A DNA stretch of 64,000 nt. It comes from Candidatus Poribacteria bacterium (lineage in GTDB: Bacteria; Poribacteria; WGA-4E; PCPOR2b). The stretch is taken from contig OZ242351.1 in assembly GCA_965208675.1 (NCBI GenBank), positions 4,352,001-4,416,000 on the forward strand, in the 5' to 3' direction. A program made the translations under genes and the position numbers. Below are positions 18,667 to 28,315 of this stretch, piece after piece. The notes below the pieces were generated by a model that was not told where the DNA came from, did no database searches, and saw only the letters and a list, made by a program, of their open reading frames with translations. How positions within the stretch are numbered: the first letter of the stretch is position 1; every line of letters begins with the position of its first letter.

Positions 18667-21144
18667 ATGACGGGTGCGGCAATCAAGAGTGCAATTGCGC
18701 TGGCCTTGATCGTCTGCACGATCGGGAGGGTATCCGTTGCCCGCGATCCGGTCGACATACCGGTCGTCACCTTCGATACTGTGGTCGTGACAGCAACCCG
18801 CGTCGGGGAGCCGCTGCAGCAAGTGCCGCTTAGCATCTCGGCGGTGACCGGTGCAGACCTTGAGCAGCGCGCAATCGGGAACCTCACGGAGTTGGCGCGC
18901 TGGATGCCCGGTTTCACCGTGGTCGACCAGGGTGCGCGCGGCAGCAACGCCGTCATTGCCCGCGGACTCAACACGGATTCGTTGAGCGGATCGGAGTTCA
19001 ATGGCAACAACTACAACAATAGCGTCGCCACATATCTCGGGGACATCCCCCTAGCGGTTGACCTGCGGCTGTACGACATTGAGCGGGTCGAAGTGCTACT
19101 CGGACCGCAAGGGACACTGTACGGCGCCGGCACGCTAGCGGGAGCGGTTCGCTACCTGCCGCGCCGGCCCGACACTGGGCGGCGCACGTTCGAGGGACGC
19201 GGCGACCTGTTCGCCCTAGCGCACGGCGGCGTGCCCGGTTCGGATGCCGGTGTCACGTTCAACCTGCCGCTGGTTTCGCGCAAGTTAGCACTACGCGGCT
19301 CGATCGACTACTACGTCGACCCCGGGTTCATAGACTACGACTATCTGCTGCGCACGCCAGGCGTTTCCGAGCCGGAGCCGGACGTGAGCGACCCCTCCAC
19401 GGTGGAGGCAAACCTGCGCAGCGAGCCGGACGCCAACACCGAGGAGACGGTTTCGTCGCGTCTCTCGTTGCTGTGGGAGGCGACCGCGGAGCTGTCGGCT
19501 CTTTTCACCTACCATCTACAGGATCAGCGGGTCGGCGCGCGCCAGATCAACCATGTCAAGTCGTTCGACACCGGCCGCTACGCCGCGGCGCATCGCTACC
19601 TTGAGCCAAACGATCGCAAGAACCAGTTATGGAGCCTGGAACTGACCTGGACGCCGGATTGGGCGGAGTTGACCACCGCCGTCGGCTACTCCCGTTTTAC
19701 GGCGGAGGGTCAGCGCGACCAAACCGACCTGCTGATCCAAGCCTTCGGCATCAAGGGGCTGCTGCCGGCGGAGTTCCCGGCGTTAGCGCAAGCTCAGGCG
19801 TTGGATCCGAACGTCTCCGCCGCCGACCTGACGGCGCAGTTCCGGTCTTTCTCGGCTTACACGCATGAAGACTCCTGGGAGGAGCGTTTCAACTGGGAGA
19901 CGCGGCTAGTCTCGACGGGCGATGGACCGTGGCGCTGGGTCGGCGGCGTCTTTTTCAACAACTACGACAGTAGCGGGACGAGCTTCGAATTCACACCCGG
20001 TCTGACGGAATTTTCGGGCATCACGCCCGTCCGGGGAGGTGTGCCGGTATCCGAGCCGGTCGAGTATTACAGCGTCGACAGCCAGTCAGTAGACGAACGC
20101 GCCCTGTTCGGGGAAATCTCCCGCGGCCTGGGTGACCACTGGCACGTGACGGTCGGCGGCCGCTGGTTTGGCTACCTCATCGACACCGGCAGCCTGACCG
20201 AGTTTCCCTATACGCCGCTGTACAATTCGCCGTTCACCGCCTTCGAGTCCGACGACCGGGGCGTGCTGCTCAAGGCAAGCGCCAGCCACCGTTTCGATGA
20301 CCAGACGAGCGCCTACTTTACCCGTTCGGAAGGCTACCGCATCGGCGGCGGCAACAACTTCCGAATCTGCACGGACGAGGAGATTGCGCTGCTCAGCGAC
20401 GCGGATCCCGGCAACGACCCGCCGCAATCCGGCTGTATCTACGAGGACCAGGCTCTGATTAAGCCCGACAGGACGACCAACTACGAGGTGGGCTTGCGCC
20501 GCTCGTGGAGCAACAGGCGTTTCCTTGCCAGCGGTTCGTTGTTCCACGTGGACTGGACGGACATTCAAGTCGCGGGTGAGACGCCTTTCAGCGCGCAGCC
20601 GATCATTCTGAACGGCGCCGCGGCTATAAGCCGCGGCGTGGAGGTCTCCGGCGCCGCCGGGCTGTCGAGTGCGCTGCACCTGCGCGGGACTTGGTCGTAC
20701 ACGCACGCGGAGCTGAGTCAGGACTCGCCAGGTCTGCTTGATGCCGGCGCGGACACCTTCAAAGGCGACCGCCTGCCGGGCGCGCCGCGGCAGCAAGGCA
20801 GCCTGCTTGCGTCCTACGGCGTGCGGCTCGGCGGCAGAACTACGCTGGACCTGCTGTACGGCTACACCTACGTTGGCGACGTGTTTACACGAATCGGCTT
20901 GCGCGCGGGCGGCGAAGTGCTGCCGGCATACGACCTCCACAACTTCTCGGCGGCAGTCTTGATGGACGGCTGGGCGCTTACGTTCTACGCCGAAAACTTG
21001 TTCGACAAGTACGCCGTAACCGGCGTGCGCCAGACGCCTGATCAGATTGGTACCACGGAGGACGGTTTCCGTGCACGCCGCTACTTCGCCAACGTGCTCA
21101 CCCCGCGGCGAGTGGGTGCGCGCATCCGCTACACGTTTCAGTAA
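18667..21144 (+). CDS. TonB-dependent receptor
   Basis: TonB box DTVVVTATR, plug DIERVEVLLGPQGTLYGAGTLAGAV, ENLFDK, C-terminal PRRVGARIRYTFQ; start uncertain (GTG 18622 alternative). Confidence 0.92.
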   Translation: MTGAAIKSAIALALIVCTIGRVSVARDPVDIPVVTFDTVVVTATRVGEPLQQVPLSISAVTGADLEQRAIGNLTELARWMPGFTVVDQGARGSNAVIARGLNTDSLSGSEFNGNNYNNSVATYLGDIPLAVDLRLYDIERVEVLLGPQGTLYGAGTLAGAVRYLPRRPDTGRRTFEGRGDLFALAHGGVPGSDAGVTFNLPLVSRKLALRGSIDYYVDPGFIDYDYLLRTPGVSEPEPDVSDPSTVEANLRSEPDANTEETVSSRLSLLWEATAELSALFTYHLQDQRVGARQINHVKSFDTGRYAAAHRYLEPNDRKNQLWSLELTWTPDWAELTTAVGYSRFTAEGQRDQTDLLIQAFGIKGLLPAEFPALAQAQALDPNVSAADLTAQFRSFSAYTHEDSWEERFNWETRLVSTGDGPWRWVGGVFFNNYDSSGTSFEFTPGLTEFSGITPVRGGVPVSEPVEYYSVDSQSVDERALFGEISRGLGDHWHVTVGGRWFGYLIDTGSLTEFPYTPLYNSPFTAFESDDRGVLLKASASHRFDDQTSAYFTRSEGYRIGGGNNFRICTDEEIALLSDADPGNDPPQSGCIYEDQALIKPDRTTNYEVGLRRSWSNRRFLASGSLFHVDWTDIQVAGETPFSAQPIILNGAAAISRGVEVSGAAGLSSALHLRGTWSYTHAELSQDSPGLLDAGADTFKGDRLPGAPRQQGSLLASYGVRLGGRTTLDLLYGYTYVGDVFTRIGLRAGGEVLPAYDLHNFSAAVLMDGWALTFYAENLFDKYAVTGVRQTPDQIGTTEDGFRARRYFANVLTPRRVGARIRYTFQ

Positions 21145-21153
21145 ATCTTGGGC

Positions 21154-21208
21154 GATCAACAGAGTGAATAACGAGGGATCAAGCGACTGAATAGGGAGCG
21201 CGATAGTC
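21154..21208 (+). repeat. Tandem GATC-hairpin micro-elements
   Basis: GATC at 21154 and 21177 (23-bp period), ending GCGATAGTC. Confidence 0.85.
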
Positions 21209-21314
21209 CTCTCCTATCTTGTCTTCTTCAGCTTGCCGGAATAATGTGTCGCGATTTGAAGATTGTTCCTACCGTGTTTTGGATGTTTCATTGAGTTAAG
21301 GAGTTTTGGGCAAG

Positions 21315-21701
21315 ATGGCTGAGTTTCAACGCTTGCCATCTCGAATTCGTGATACGGTCACGTCGCAACTGGGCGCAAATGAGCAGATCGAATTATGCTT
21401 TCTCGGTAGATCCAATTTCCTAAGCCCAGATTTTGTTATCATCACTTCACATCGGTTGCTGGTGCTGGAAGAACGCAGTATGGGGAGCTTGGGTGCATCC
21501 TACACCAACATTCGGTGCAACCTTCTGTTTTCTGAAATTTCGGCGGTAAAGCTGAGCCGCGATTGGAAACACCGCCTGTTACGCCAAGCCTGCGTCGAAA
21601 TTGATAAACGTAATAGCGATAGATATCTCATCAATCGCGTGAGTCTGCGTGAAGCCAAGCTGGCGCTTGAATTGATTTCCACACAGATTCAGCCGGGTTG
21701 A
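21315..21701 (+). CDS. Bacterial PH-domain-like protein
   Basis: LGANEQIE...FVIITSHRLLVLE...FSEISAVKL pattern of bacterial PH domains. Confidence 0.6.
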   Translation: MAEFQRLPSRIRDTVTSQLGANEQIELCFLGRSNFLSPDFVIITSHRLLVLEERSMGSLGASYTNIRCNLLFSEISAVKLSRDWKHRLLRQACVEIDKRNSDRYLINRVSLREAKLALELISTQIQPG

Positions 21702-21759
21702 GAATGGGGCTGATTGCCGCCCGAGATGCGCACTGCATTTCAAGTCTGAGATATTAATC

Positions 21760-22428
21760 ATGTTGGAATTTCTCGTTGAACTCACCCGTTGGTATAACCT
21801 GTTTTTCGTCCTACCCGTCCTCGTCGCGCTCATTTATCTATTCTTGCACACAATGACAGCGTCGGACATCGGCGGTTTAGAAGCAGGATTCGGGGATTTG
21901 AGCGTCATAGCGGCAGATCGGCTGCCCGCGGCGCAAGAACGCACTGTATTGGTTCGCTTCTTCACGTTTCTGAATGCGGGCCGTCTCCCTCCATTAATGG
22001 TTGTTGCGCCCTTTTTTCTTTGCTGGGGATTTATCGGGTTTGTATGTAATCACTGGTTCGTCCCGTTGTTCGAGGGCATGATATTGCTAGCCGTACTGGT
22101 TTCAGCCTTGACGGCATTCGTCCTCAGCAGCCTGGTTACGCGGTTGTTGTCGCAAGTCATCGCCTACGTATTCCCGACCGCTCTAGCGGATGAAATTCAG
22201 CGAGCCGACTTGGTGGGAACGGTTGCGACGGTGACGAGCATTGACGTGAATGCGGATTTTGGTATGGCGCGCACGGAAGACGTTCCGTTCAATGTGACGA
22301 TATTCTGCCGGATTGACGAAGGGGAGGCGCGCATTAAACAGGGCCAGCGAGTCGTATTGTGGGATTATGACCCGCAGATGAATTGCTATAAGGTGCAGGA
22401 ATTTAACGAGGATCAACCGACCGAATAG
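21760..22428 (+). CDS. YqiJ/NfeD-like membrane protein with C-terminal OB fold
   Basis: Three TM segments, FLNAGRLPPL, DLVGTVATVT, IKQGQRVVLWDYD; last codons and stop lie in a GATC-hairpin repeat. Confidence 0.75.
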   Translation: MLEFLVELTRWYNLFFVLPVLVALIYLFLHTMTASDIGGLEAGFGDLSVIAADRLPAAQERTVLVRFFTFLNAGRLPPLMVVAPFFLCWGFIGFVCNHWFVPLFEGMILLAVLVSALTAFVLSSLVTRLLSQVIAYVFPTALADEIQRADLVGTVATVTSIDVNADFGMARTEDVPFNVTIFCRIDEGEARIKQGQRVVLWDYDPQMNCYKVQEFNEDQPTE

Positions 22429-22465
22429 GGAGGGATCAACTGAGCGAACAGCGAAGGCGATAGTC
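22411..22465 (+). repeat. Tandem GATC-hairpin micro-elements
   Basis: GATC at 22411 and 22434. Confidence 0.85.
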
Positions 22466-22479
22466 TTTCTTGGTTTTCT

Positions 22480-22686
22480 CTAGGGCGTGTTGACATTTGG
22501 CATCCCGTAGGTTGAATTGAACGGTTAAACGGCAGTCTTTATCAAGTACAAAGGAATCTTTTGTAACACAATCTGTTAGATTGTGATCCGAGCCCGCAAA
22601 CTAACAGTTTGCGCTACTTATATCAGATTATCCAATGGTGACAACGTTTGCCGAATCAGTAGCCTCAAAATGTCAACAGAACCTAG
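22480..22686. mobile_element. ~200-bp MITE with IS5-family-like ends
   Basis: CTAG-GGCGTGTTGACATTT ... AAATGTCAACAGAAC-CTAG: imperfect terminal inverted repeats flanked by CTAG; no transposase. Confidence 0.65.
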
Positions 22687-22898
22687 TTTATAGGCCTGTC
22701 TTCTTCAGTTTGCCGAAATATTATGTCGCGATTCGCAGATCGCTCCTACGGGATACAGTGCTGTGTTAAAGAAACGGCTCATTCAAGAAAAAAATCGGTT
22801 TCAAATACTGAAATACCTCTTGCCTTGTGCATAGTAAAAGGCTTATAATACAGAGCGCATTATTGGTGGACATATTAAAATAACATGGAGGAGCAACC

Positions 22899-23405
22899 AT
22901 GGTAGAGGTAGAAGTTGCACTCATTACTGTTGATACGAGAGTAAATATGCCGATAGTTCTTCTGAAAGAGAAGGAAGGCAGTCCGAAGCGGGTATTGCCC
23001 ATCTGGATTGGACAGGCGGAAGCAACGGCGATCCAATTAAAACTGAAGAACGCGCCCAGTACCCCCCGCCCAATGACGCACGATTTGATGAAGAACCTCA
23101 TTGAAAGCCTTGATGCTCAGGTTGATTCCATTTTTGTTCATTCAGTGATTGCATCGGAGGGCGAAGGCGGCACATACTTGGGCCAGATTAACCTTGAGGT
23201 GGATGGTAAGAAAATCGAGGTTGATTCCCGTCCAAGCGACGCAATCGCACTCGCATTAAGGCTCGAAGCGCCCATTCATGTTGCGGAAAAGATTTTGGAC
23301 GAGAACGGATTTTCCGAAGACGAAATAAAAGAGTCGGGCAAGGAAGCCGCGAAGAACACCCTGGAGAACTTGGACGAGGACGCATTGGGGCGATACAGTG
23401 TGTAG
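22899..23405 (+). CDS. Bifunctional nuclease family (DUF151) protein
   Basis: LPIWIGQAEA, RPMTHDL, VDSRPSDAIALALR. Confidence 0.92.
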   Translation: MVEVEVALITVDTRVNMPIVLLKEKEGSPKRVLPIWIGQAEATAIQLKLKNAPSTPRPMTHDLMKNLIESLDAQVDSIFVHSVIASEGEGGTYLGQINLEVDGKKIEVDSRPSDAIALALRLEAPIHVAEKILDENGFSEDEIKESGKEAAKNTLENLDEDALGRYSV

Positions 23406-23577
23406 TCGTTGCGTTTGGTAAACGGAATCGCTGGAATTTTACGCGTTAATCGAATTAATCAGTTACGTATCATGCAGCTATTCAACCTCTGGTATGGTTT
23501 GAGGTTAGCCGCCGCCGTGTCGTGCGCCGACGGCAAATATATGTAAAACCCCTATTTTTGGCAAGGTGGAAAATCCG

Positions 23578-23763
23578 ATGAAAGTCCTCAGAAATGTCGC
23601 ACTATTAGCGTTAATTTTGGTACTTGTCTATATTGCGCTAGAAATAATTACGACGTTTGTCTTCCCGTTAATCACTTGGGTCATTAACATCGTTATTACG
23701 CTGGTGCTGCTCGTCGCGATTGGCGTTGCGCTTGTTTACCTATACCGAAAGCTTAAGGCGTAG
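23578..23763 (+). CDS. Small two-TM membrane protein
   Basis: Two long hydrophobic stretches with basic termini; terminator-like hairpin downstream. Confidence 0.65.
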   Translation: MKVLRNVALLALILVLVYIALEIITTFVFPLITWVINIVITLVLLVAIGVALVYLYRKLKA

Positions 23764-23845
23764 CGGGTAGTTGGATAAGTACGGGTTCGGAAGCCGAACC
23801 TGCCGGGATGAAAAAAAATATTTTCGGTTGGGATTTGCGGATATT

Positions 23846-23884
23846 GAGCCGAGGGAGCGCGGTTTTCTCTACTCGGCTTTTTTT
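23846..23884 (+). terminator. Putative intrinsic terminator
   Basis: AGCCGAG...CTCGGCT followed by a T run. Confidence 0.55.
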
Positions 23885-24094
23885 GTTGGAGTTTTGGAGT
23901 AAACGGCGCATAAAGTAATAGGCACACGGCGTGTGCCTATTACTTTGATTTTTTGTTTGATTCTCGAATGATAATCTGTTACAATCGTGGTGTTTGCGAA
24001 TTGGATTCTCGAACATCTAATTGATTTTCTACGGATAATTATGCGCGTACACGATAAATTTTCCGTCCTACCAGCCGATGAAGGGAGGCAGTAA

Positions 24095-24526
24095 ATGGAC
24101 GCACGAACGCTGTCGTCACCCATTCATACGCTGAATCTGAATGAACCTTGCTATGTGGACCTCGGCACTCCTGTACTGGAGGTAATCAACCTCATGCAGA
24201 AGGGTCAATTTGGGTGTGCGCTGGTCATAGATAGCCGCGACCGACTTGTCGGCATCGTCACCGAGCGTGATTTTCTTGTCAAAATCATGGGAGTGCAGAT
24301 TGATCCGGAGGATGTGATTGTCGATGAGATTATGACGCCGTCGCCGGAGTGTTTGCGTCCGACCGATACCGTTGCATTTGCTTTGAACCTCATGCAGTTG
24401 GGGCACTACCGTAATATTCCTTTAGTGATACGCGATGAGATAGACAGATATCCTGTAGGTGTAGTCTCGATTAAGGACATCCTGAATCATTTTGCCGCAT
24501 TTTTGGAGACGGGTAAGGAGGAATAA
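24095..24526 (+). CDS. Stand-alone CBS domain protein
   Basis: LVGIVTERDFL, VDEIMTPSPECL, YRNIPLV, PVGVVSIKDI. Confidence 0.88.
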   Translation: MDARTLSSPIHTLNLNEPCYVDLGTPVLEVINLMQKGQFGCALVIDSRDRLVGIVTERDFLVKIMGVQIDPEDVIVDEIMTPSPECLRPTDTVAFALNLMQLGHYRNIPLVIRDEIDRYPVGVVSIKDILNHFAAFLETGKEE

Positions 24527-24529
24527 AAT

Positions 24530-25069
24530 ATGCTTTACGAAGAAATGGTTGACGAAGAGCTGGCGATTATGGATGAAGAGCCCGAGGAACCCTCAAAAAC
24601 CCGGAGCCAACCTGACATTCAGGCGCCGCTTCGTTCTCTGATGCGTGTACCGGTTACAATTGAAATGGGGGCAAGTGTACAGGAGGCAGTCAATCTGATG
24701 ATTGAGAATCGGGTCGGCGCTATCCTCGTCGTATCCGATGGCGTGCTCAAGGGCATTTTCGGTGAGCGCGATGTGCTTTTGAAAATATTGAACAAGCCGG
24801 TGGGCGATATCTCGGAGATTCCGGTCGAAAATTTTATGAAAGTCGATCCACATACGGCGCGGGTTGAGGATTCGCTTGGCGCGGCGATATTGCATATGGC
24901 GCAGGGCGGATTCCGCCATATCCCGGTCGTAAATGAGCTGAATCAACCCGTTGGGATGGTTTCGACTCGCCATGTTGTCTCCAACATCATTGATCATTAT
25001 CCGCAAGAGGTGTTGACGCTGCCGCGCGAACCGGTTCGGAAGGCGATGCAGGCGCGCGAAGGGGCGTAG
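24530..25069 (+). CDS. Stand-alone CBS domain protein
   Basis: VGAILVV, GIFGERDVL, GGFRHIPVV, PVGMVSTRH. Confidence 0.88.
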   Translation: MLYEEMVDEELAIMDEEPEEPSKTRSQPDIQAPLRSLMRVPVTIEMGASVQEAVNLMIENRVGAILVVSDGVLKGIFGERDVLLKILNKPVGDISEIPVENFMKVDPHTARVEDSLGAAILHMAQGGFRHIPVVNELNQPVGMVSTRHVVSNIIDHYPQEVLTLPREPVRKAMQAREGA

Positions 25070-25336
25070 TGTGGAGGATATATGTGAGGGGTGTGCCAAT
25101 GTTGAAGAAACCGAGTTTTGAAGAAAAAACTCGGTTTTAAATGAGGGTCGAGATACGGCGCCTACACCCCCTCCGCCCGTAGGCGCGGCATCTTGCCGCG
25201 CGTATTTCCGAGGTGTGGCGAGATAGCGCGGGTACGTTGAAATTTAGATGAAACTGATGCTTGGTAATATACGTGTTAATCATGGAATCCATATACGCAG
25301 ATTGCGGTTGAATGAACAGAGAGAAGGACACATGTA

Positions 25337-27175
25337 ATGAGAAAGGACGTGCAATCTATTGAGTCGGCTACGCTCCTGTTCGCCGGTGACTCCGGCGATG
25401 GCTCGCAGACGATTGGCACGCAAATGACAGAAGCGTCGGCGATTGCAGGGAACGATGTAGCGACGCTTCCGGACTACCCTGCGGAGATACGCGCACCTGC
25501 CGGTTCGCTAGCCGGCGTATCCGGATTCCAACTGCACTTCTCCAGCGAAACCATCCACACCCCCGGCGATACGTGCGATGTTTTGGTCGCAATGAATCCT
25601 GCGGCGTTGAGAGTTAATCTCGATAAGCTCAAGCCCAACGGCATTCTGATTGTCAACACGGACAATTTTGCAGCGCGGAATCTCAAGCTGGCTGGATACA
25701 CCGACAACCCCTTAGAGGACGGGTCGCTGGTAAAATACCAAATTTTTCCTGTGCCGTTAACGCGATTAACACGAGATTCGCTTAAAGGCACAAGCCTTAT
25801 GCAAAGAGAGGCTGACCGGTGCAAGAATTTTTTTGCGCTCGGAATGGTGTGCTGGCTGTACAACCGGCCGATGGATAACACCGTCAAGTTCATCAGAGAG
25901 AAGTACCGCAGTAAACCGCAGTATGTTGAAGCCAATACGATTGCATTGAAGGCGGGAAACGTCTATTGTGAAGCGACCGAGCAGTTCGCGACCTCTTATG
26001 AGGTCAAGCCGGCGCATTTTGAGCCGGGTACGTACCGCAATATTGAAGGCAACATGGCGGCAGCCTTTGGGCTGATTGCCGCCGCGCAACAGTCGGGGCT
26101 GCCGCTTGTATACGGGAGTTACCCCATTACGCCTGCGAGCTCGATACTCCACGAACTCGCGAAATATAAGAACTTTGGCGTTATCACGATGCAGATGGAA
26201 GACGAAATCGCAGCCATTGGCGCTGCGATTGGTGCGGCGTTTAGCGGCGCATTGGGTGCGACCGGCAGCAGCGGGCCCGGGCTTGCGCTCAAGTCGGAGT
26301 CGATTAACCTAGCGGTGATGGCGGAGTTGCCGCTGGTCATCTGCAACATCCAGCGGTCGGGCCCTTCGACGGGTATGCCGACGAAGACGGAACAGACGGA
26401 TTTGCTCCAGATGTTTTACGGACGCAACGGCGAGTCGCCCGTACCGATTATTGCGGCGTCGCGCCCGGCGGATTGCTTTGAAACCATCTATGAAGCCGCT
26501 CGAATCGCCGTTAAATACATGACGCCCGTGATTTTCATGTCCGAGCTTTATATCGCCTTCGGCGCCGAGCCGTGGCGTATCCCGAAGGTTTCGGATTTGC
26601 CGTCGATCAAGGTAAATTACGAAACCACCGCCGACGGGTTTCAGCCGTACATGCGCGACGAAAAGACGCTTGCCCGCCCCTGGGCTATCCCCGGCACGCC
26701 CGGTTTGGAACATCGGATTGGCGGCTTGGAAAAGGCGGACATTTCCGGAAACGTGAGTTATGACCCCGAGAACCATGAGCAAATGTCGCTGCTCAGGGCG
26801 GAAAAGGTGGCTCGAATTGCGGATGACATCCCGCCGACCGAGATATTTGGCGAACCAGAGGGCGAACTACTTGTATTGGCGTGGGGCGGAACCTACGGCG
26901 CGGTTAGAACCGCGGTCGAACACAAGCTAGGAGAGGGCGCGTCGGTGTCGCACGTGCACCTGCGTTATCTCAATCCGCTGCCGAGCGATCTCGGCGGTAT
27001 TCTCAAGCAGTTTGACAAGGTGCTTATACCCGAACTGAATTTCGGGCAACTGCTCAAACTGATTCGTGCGGAATTTTTGATAGACGCGGTTGGATTGAAT
27101 AAAGTGCAAGGCTTGCCGTTCTATGTTTTTGAGGTTGAAACTAAAATCGATGAGTTGCTAAGGGGCGATGCATGA
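25337..27175 (+). CDS. korA: 2-oxoacid:ferredoxin oxidoreductase alpha subunit
   Basis: FAGDSGDG, PAEIRAPAG, GSYPITPAS, EDEIAA, SSGPG, QRSGPSTGMPTKTEQ, HRIGGLEK. Confidence 0.93.
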   Translation: MRKDVQSIESATLLFAGDSGDGSQTIGTQMTEASAIAGNDVATLPDYPAEIRAPAGSLAGVSGFQLHFSSETIHTPGDTCDVLVAMNPAALRVNLDKLKPNGILIVNTDNFAARNLKLAGYTDNPLEDGSLVKYQIFPVPLTRLTRDSLKGTSLMQREADRCKNFFALGMVCWLYNRPMDNTVKFIREKYRSKPQYVEANTIALKAGNVYCEATEQFATSYEVKPAHFEPGTYRNIEGNMAAAFGLIAAAQQSGLPLVYGSYPITPASSILHELAKYKNFGVITMQMEDEIAAIGAAIGAAFSGALGATGSSGPGLALKSESINLAVMAELPLVICNIQRSGPSTGMPTKTEQTDLLQMFYGRNGESPVPIIAASRPADCFETIYEAARIAVKYMTPVIFMSELYIAFGAEPWRIPKVSDLPSIKVNYETTADGFQPYMRDEKTLARPWAIPGTPGLEHRIGGLEKADISGNVSYDPENHEQMSLLRAEKVARIADDIPPTEIFGEPEGELLVLAWGGTYGAVRTAVEHKLGEGASVSHVHLRYLNPLPSDLGGILKQFDKVLIPELNFGQLLKLIRAEFLIDAVGLNKVQGLPFYVFEVETKIDELLRGDA

Positions 27176-28218
27176 GAAAGCGTACTTCCACTGAGATACC
27201 GGTAGCGGTGCCCACGTTAACCAAAAAGAATTTTGAATCGGATCAGGACGTCCGGTGGTGCCCGGGTTGCGGAGATTATTCGATACTGTCTCAAACGCAG
27301 CGAATTCTCCCGGATCTCGGCGTCCCGAAGGAGGATTTTGTTTTCATCTCCGGGATTGGCTGTTCGAGCCGGTTTCCGTATTACATGAACGCGTACGGTT
27401 TTCATACGATTCACGGTCGCGCGCCGACGGTTGCGGCTGGCGTAAAAGTCGCCCACCCGGAACTTTCGGTATGGGTGATTACGGGCGACGGCGATGCGCT
27501 GTCGATTGGCGGCAACCACTTTATCCACCTGATGCGGCGCAATTTCGACATCAACGTGCTGTTGTTCAACAACCAAATTTATGGGTTGACGAAGGGGCAG
27601 TATTCGCCCACGTCGGAACAGGGTAAAAAGACCTTCTCCACGCCGATGGGGTCGCTTGATAACCCGTTCAATCCGATCAGCCTCGCATTGGCATCGGGCG
27701 CGACATTTGTTGCCCGTTCGCTGGATAGGGACCCGGAACATCTACGGGGCGTCATCAAGGCGGCGTTTGAACACAAGGGCACGTCGTTTGTGGAGATTTA
27801 CCAGAACTGCAATGTTTATAACGACGGCGCGTTTTTCTCCTTTACGGAAAAGGAGACAAAAGCCGAGAACACGGTGTTTTTGGAACATGGAGAGCCGCTT
27901 GTTTTTGGCAAGGACCGCGACAAGGGTATCCGCCTGAACGAGTTTCAACCGGAGGTTTTTTCACTCACCGAGGGCAACTATTCGCCCGATGAACTCATCA
28001 AACACAACCAGTACGCCGAGAATCCAACGCTTGCGTACTTCCTTGCGCGGATGAGCGTGATACCGGATTTGCCGCATCCGATTGGCGTGTTTCGGAGCAT
28101 CCAGCACGCCTGCTATGAAGATTTGATGGCACAGCAGGTTGAGACGGCGAAGCGGCAGCGCGGCGAAGGCGATCTTGAGGCGCTGCTCAACGAAGCCGAT
28201 ACCTGGCGCGTTGAATAG
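27172..28218 (+). CDS. korB: 2-oxoacid:ferredoxin oxidoreductase beta subunit
   Basis: WCPGCGD, SGIGCSSRFPYY, HGRA, GDGD (TPP motif), NNQIYGLTKGQYSPT; ATGA overlap with korA. Confidence 0.94.
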   Translation: MRKRTSTEIPVAVPTLTKKNFESDQDVRWCPGCGDYSILSQTQRILPDLGVPKEDFVFISGIGCSSRFPYYMNAYGFHTIHGRAPTVAAGVKVAHPELSVWVITGDGDALSIGGNHFIHLMRRNFDINVLLFNNQIYGLTKGQYSPTSEQGKKTFSTPMGSLDNPFNPISLALASGATFVARSLDRDPEHLRGVIKAAFEHKGTSFVEIYQNCNVYNDGAFFSFTEKETKAENTVFLEHGEPLVFGKDRDKGIRLNEFQPEVFSLTEGNYSPDELIKHNQYAENPTLAYFLARMSVIPDLPHPIGVFRSIQHACYEDLMAQQVETAKRQRGEGDLEALLNEADTWRVE

Positions 28219-28315
28219 GACGCGGCACGGAACCGCACCGTATTCATTTGCCCTCAAGATACACACATGACTGCGCGGGCCATTTGCTCCCACCCTGAAC
28301 CGGTAAATTGTCAAT

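Noticed and set aside
18327-22800. Intact integrative element at ssrA
   Set aside because: No integrase and no duplicated ssrA 3' end found by eye
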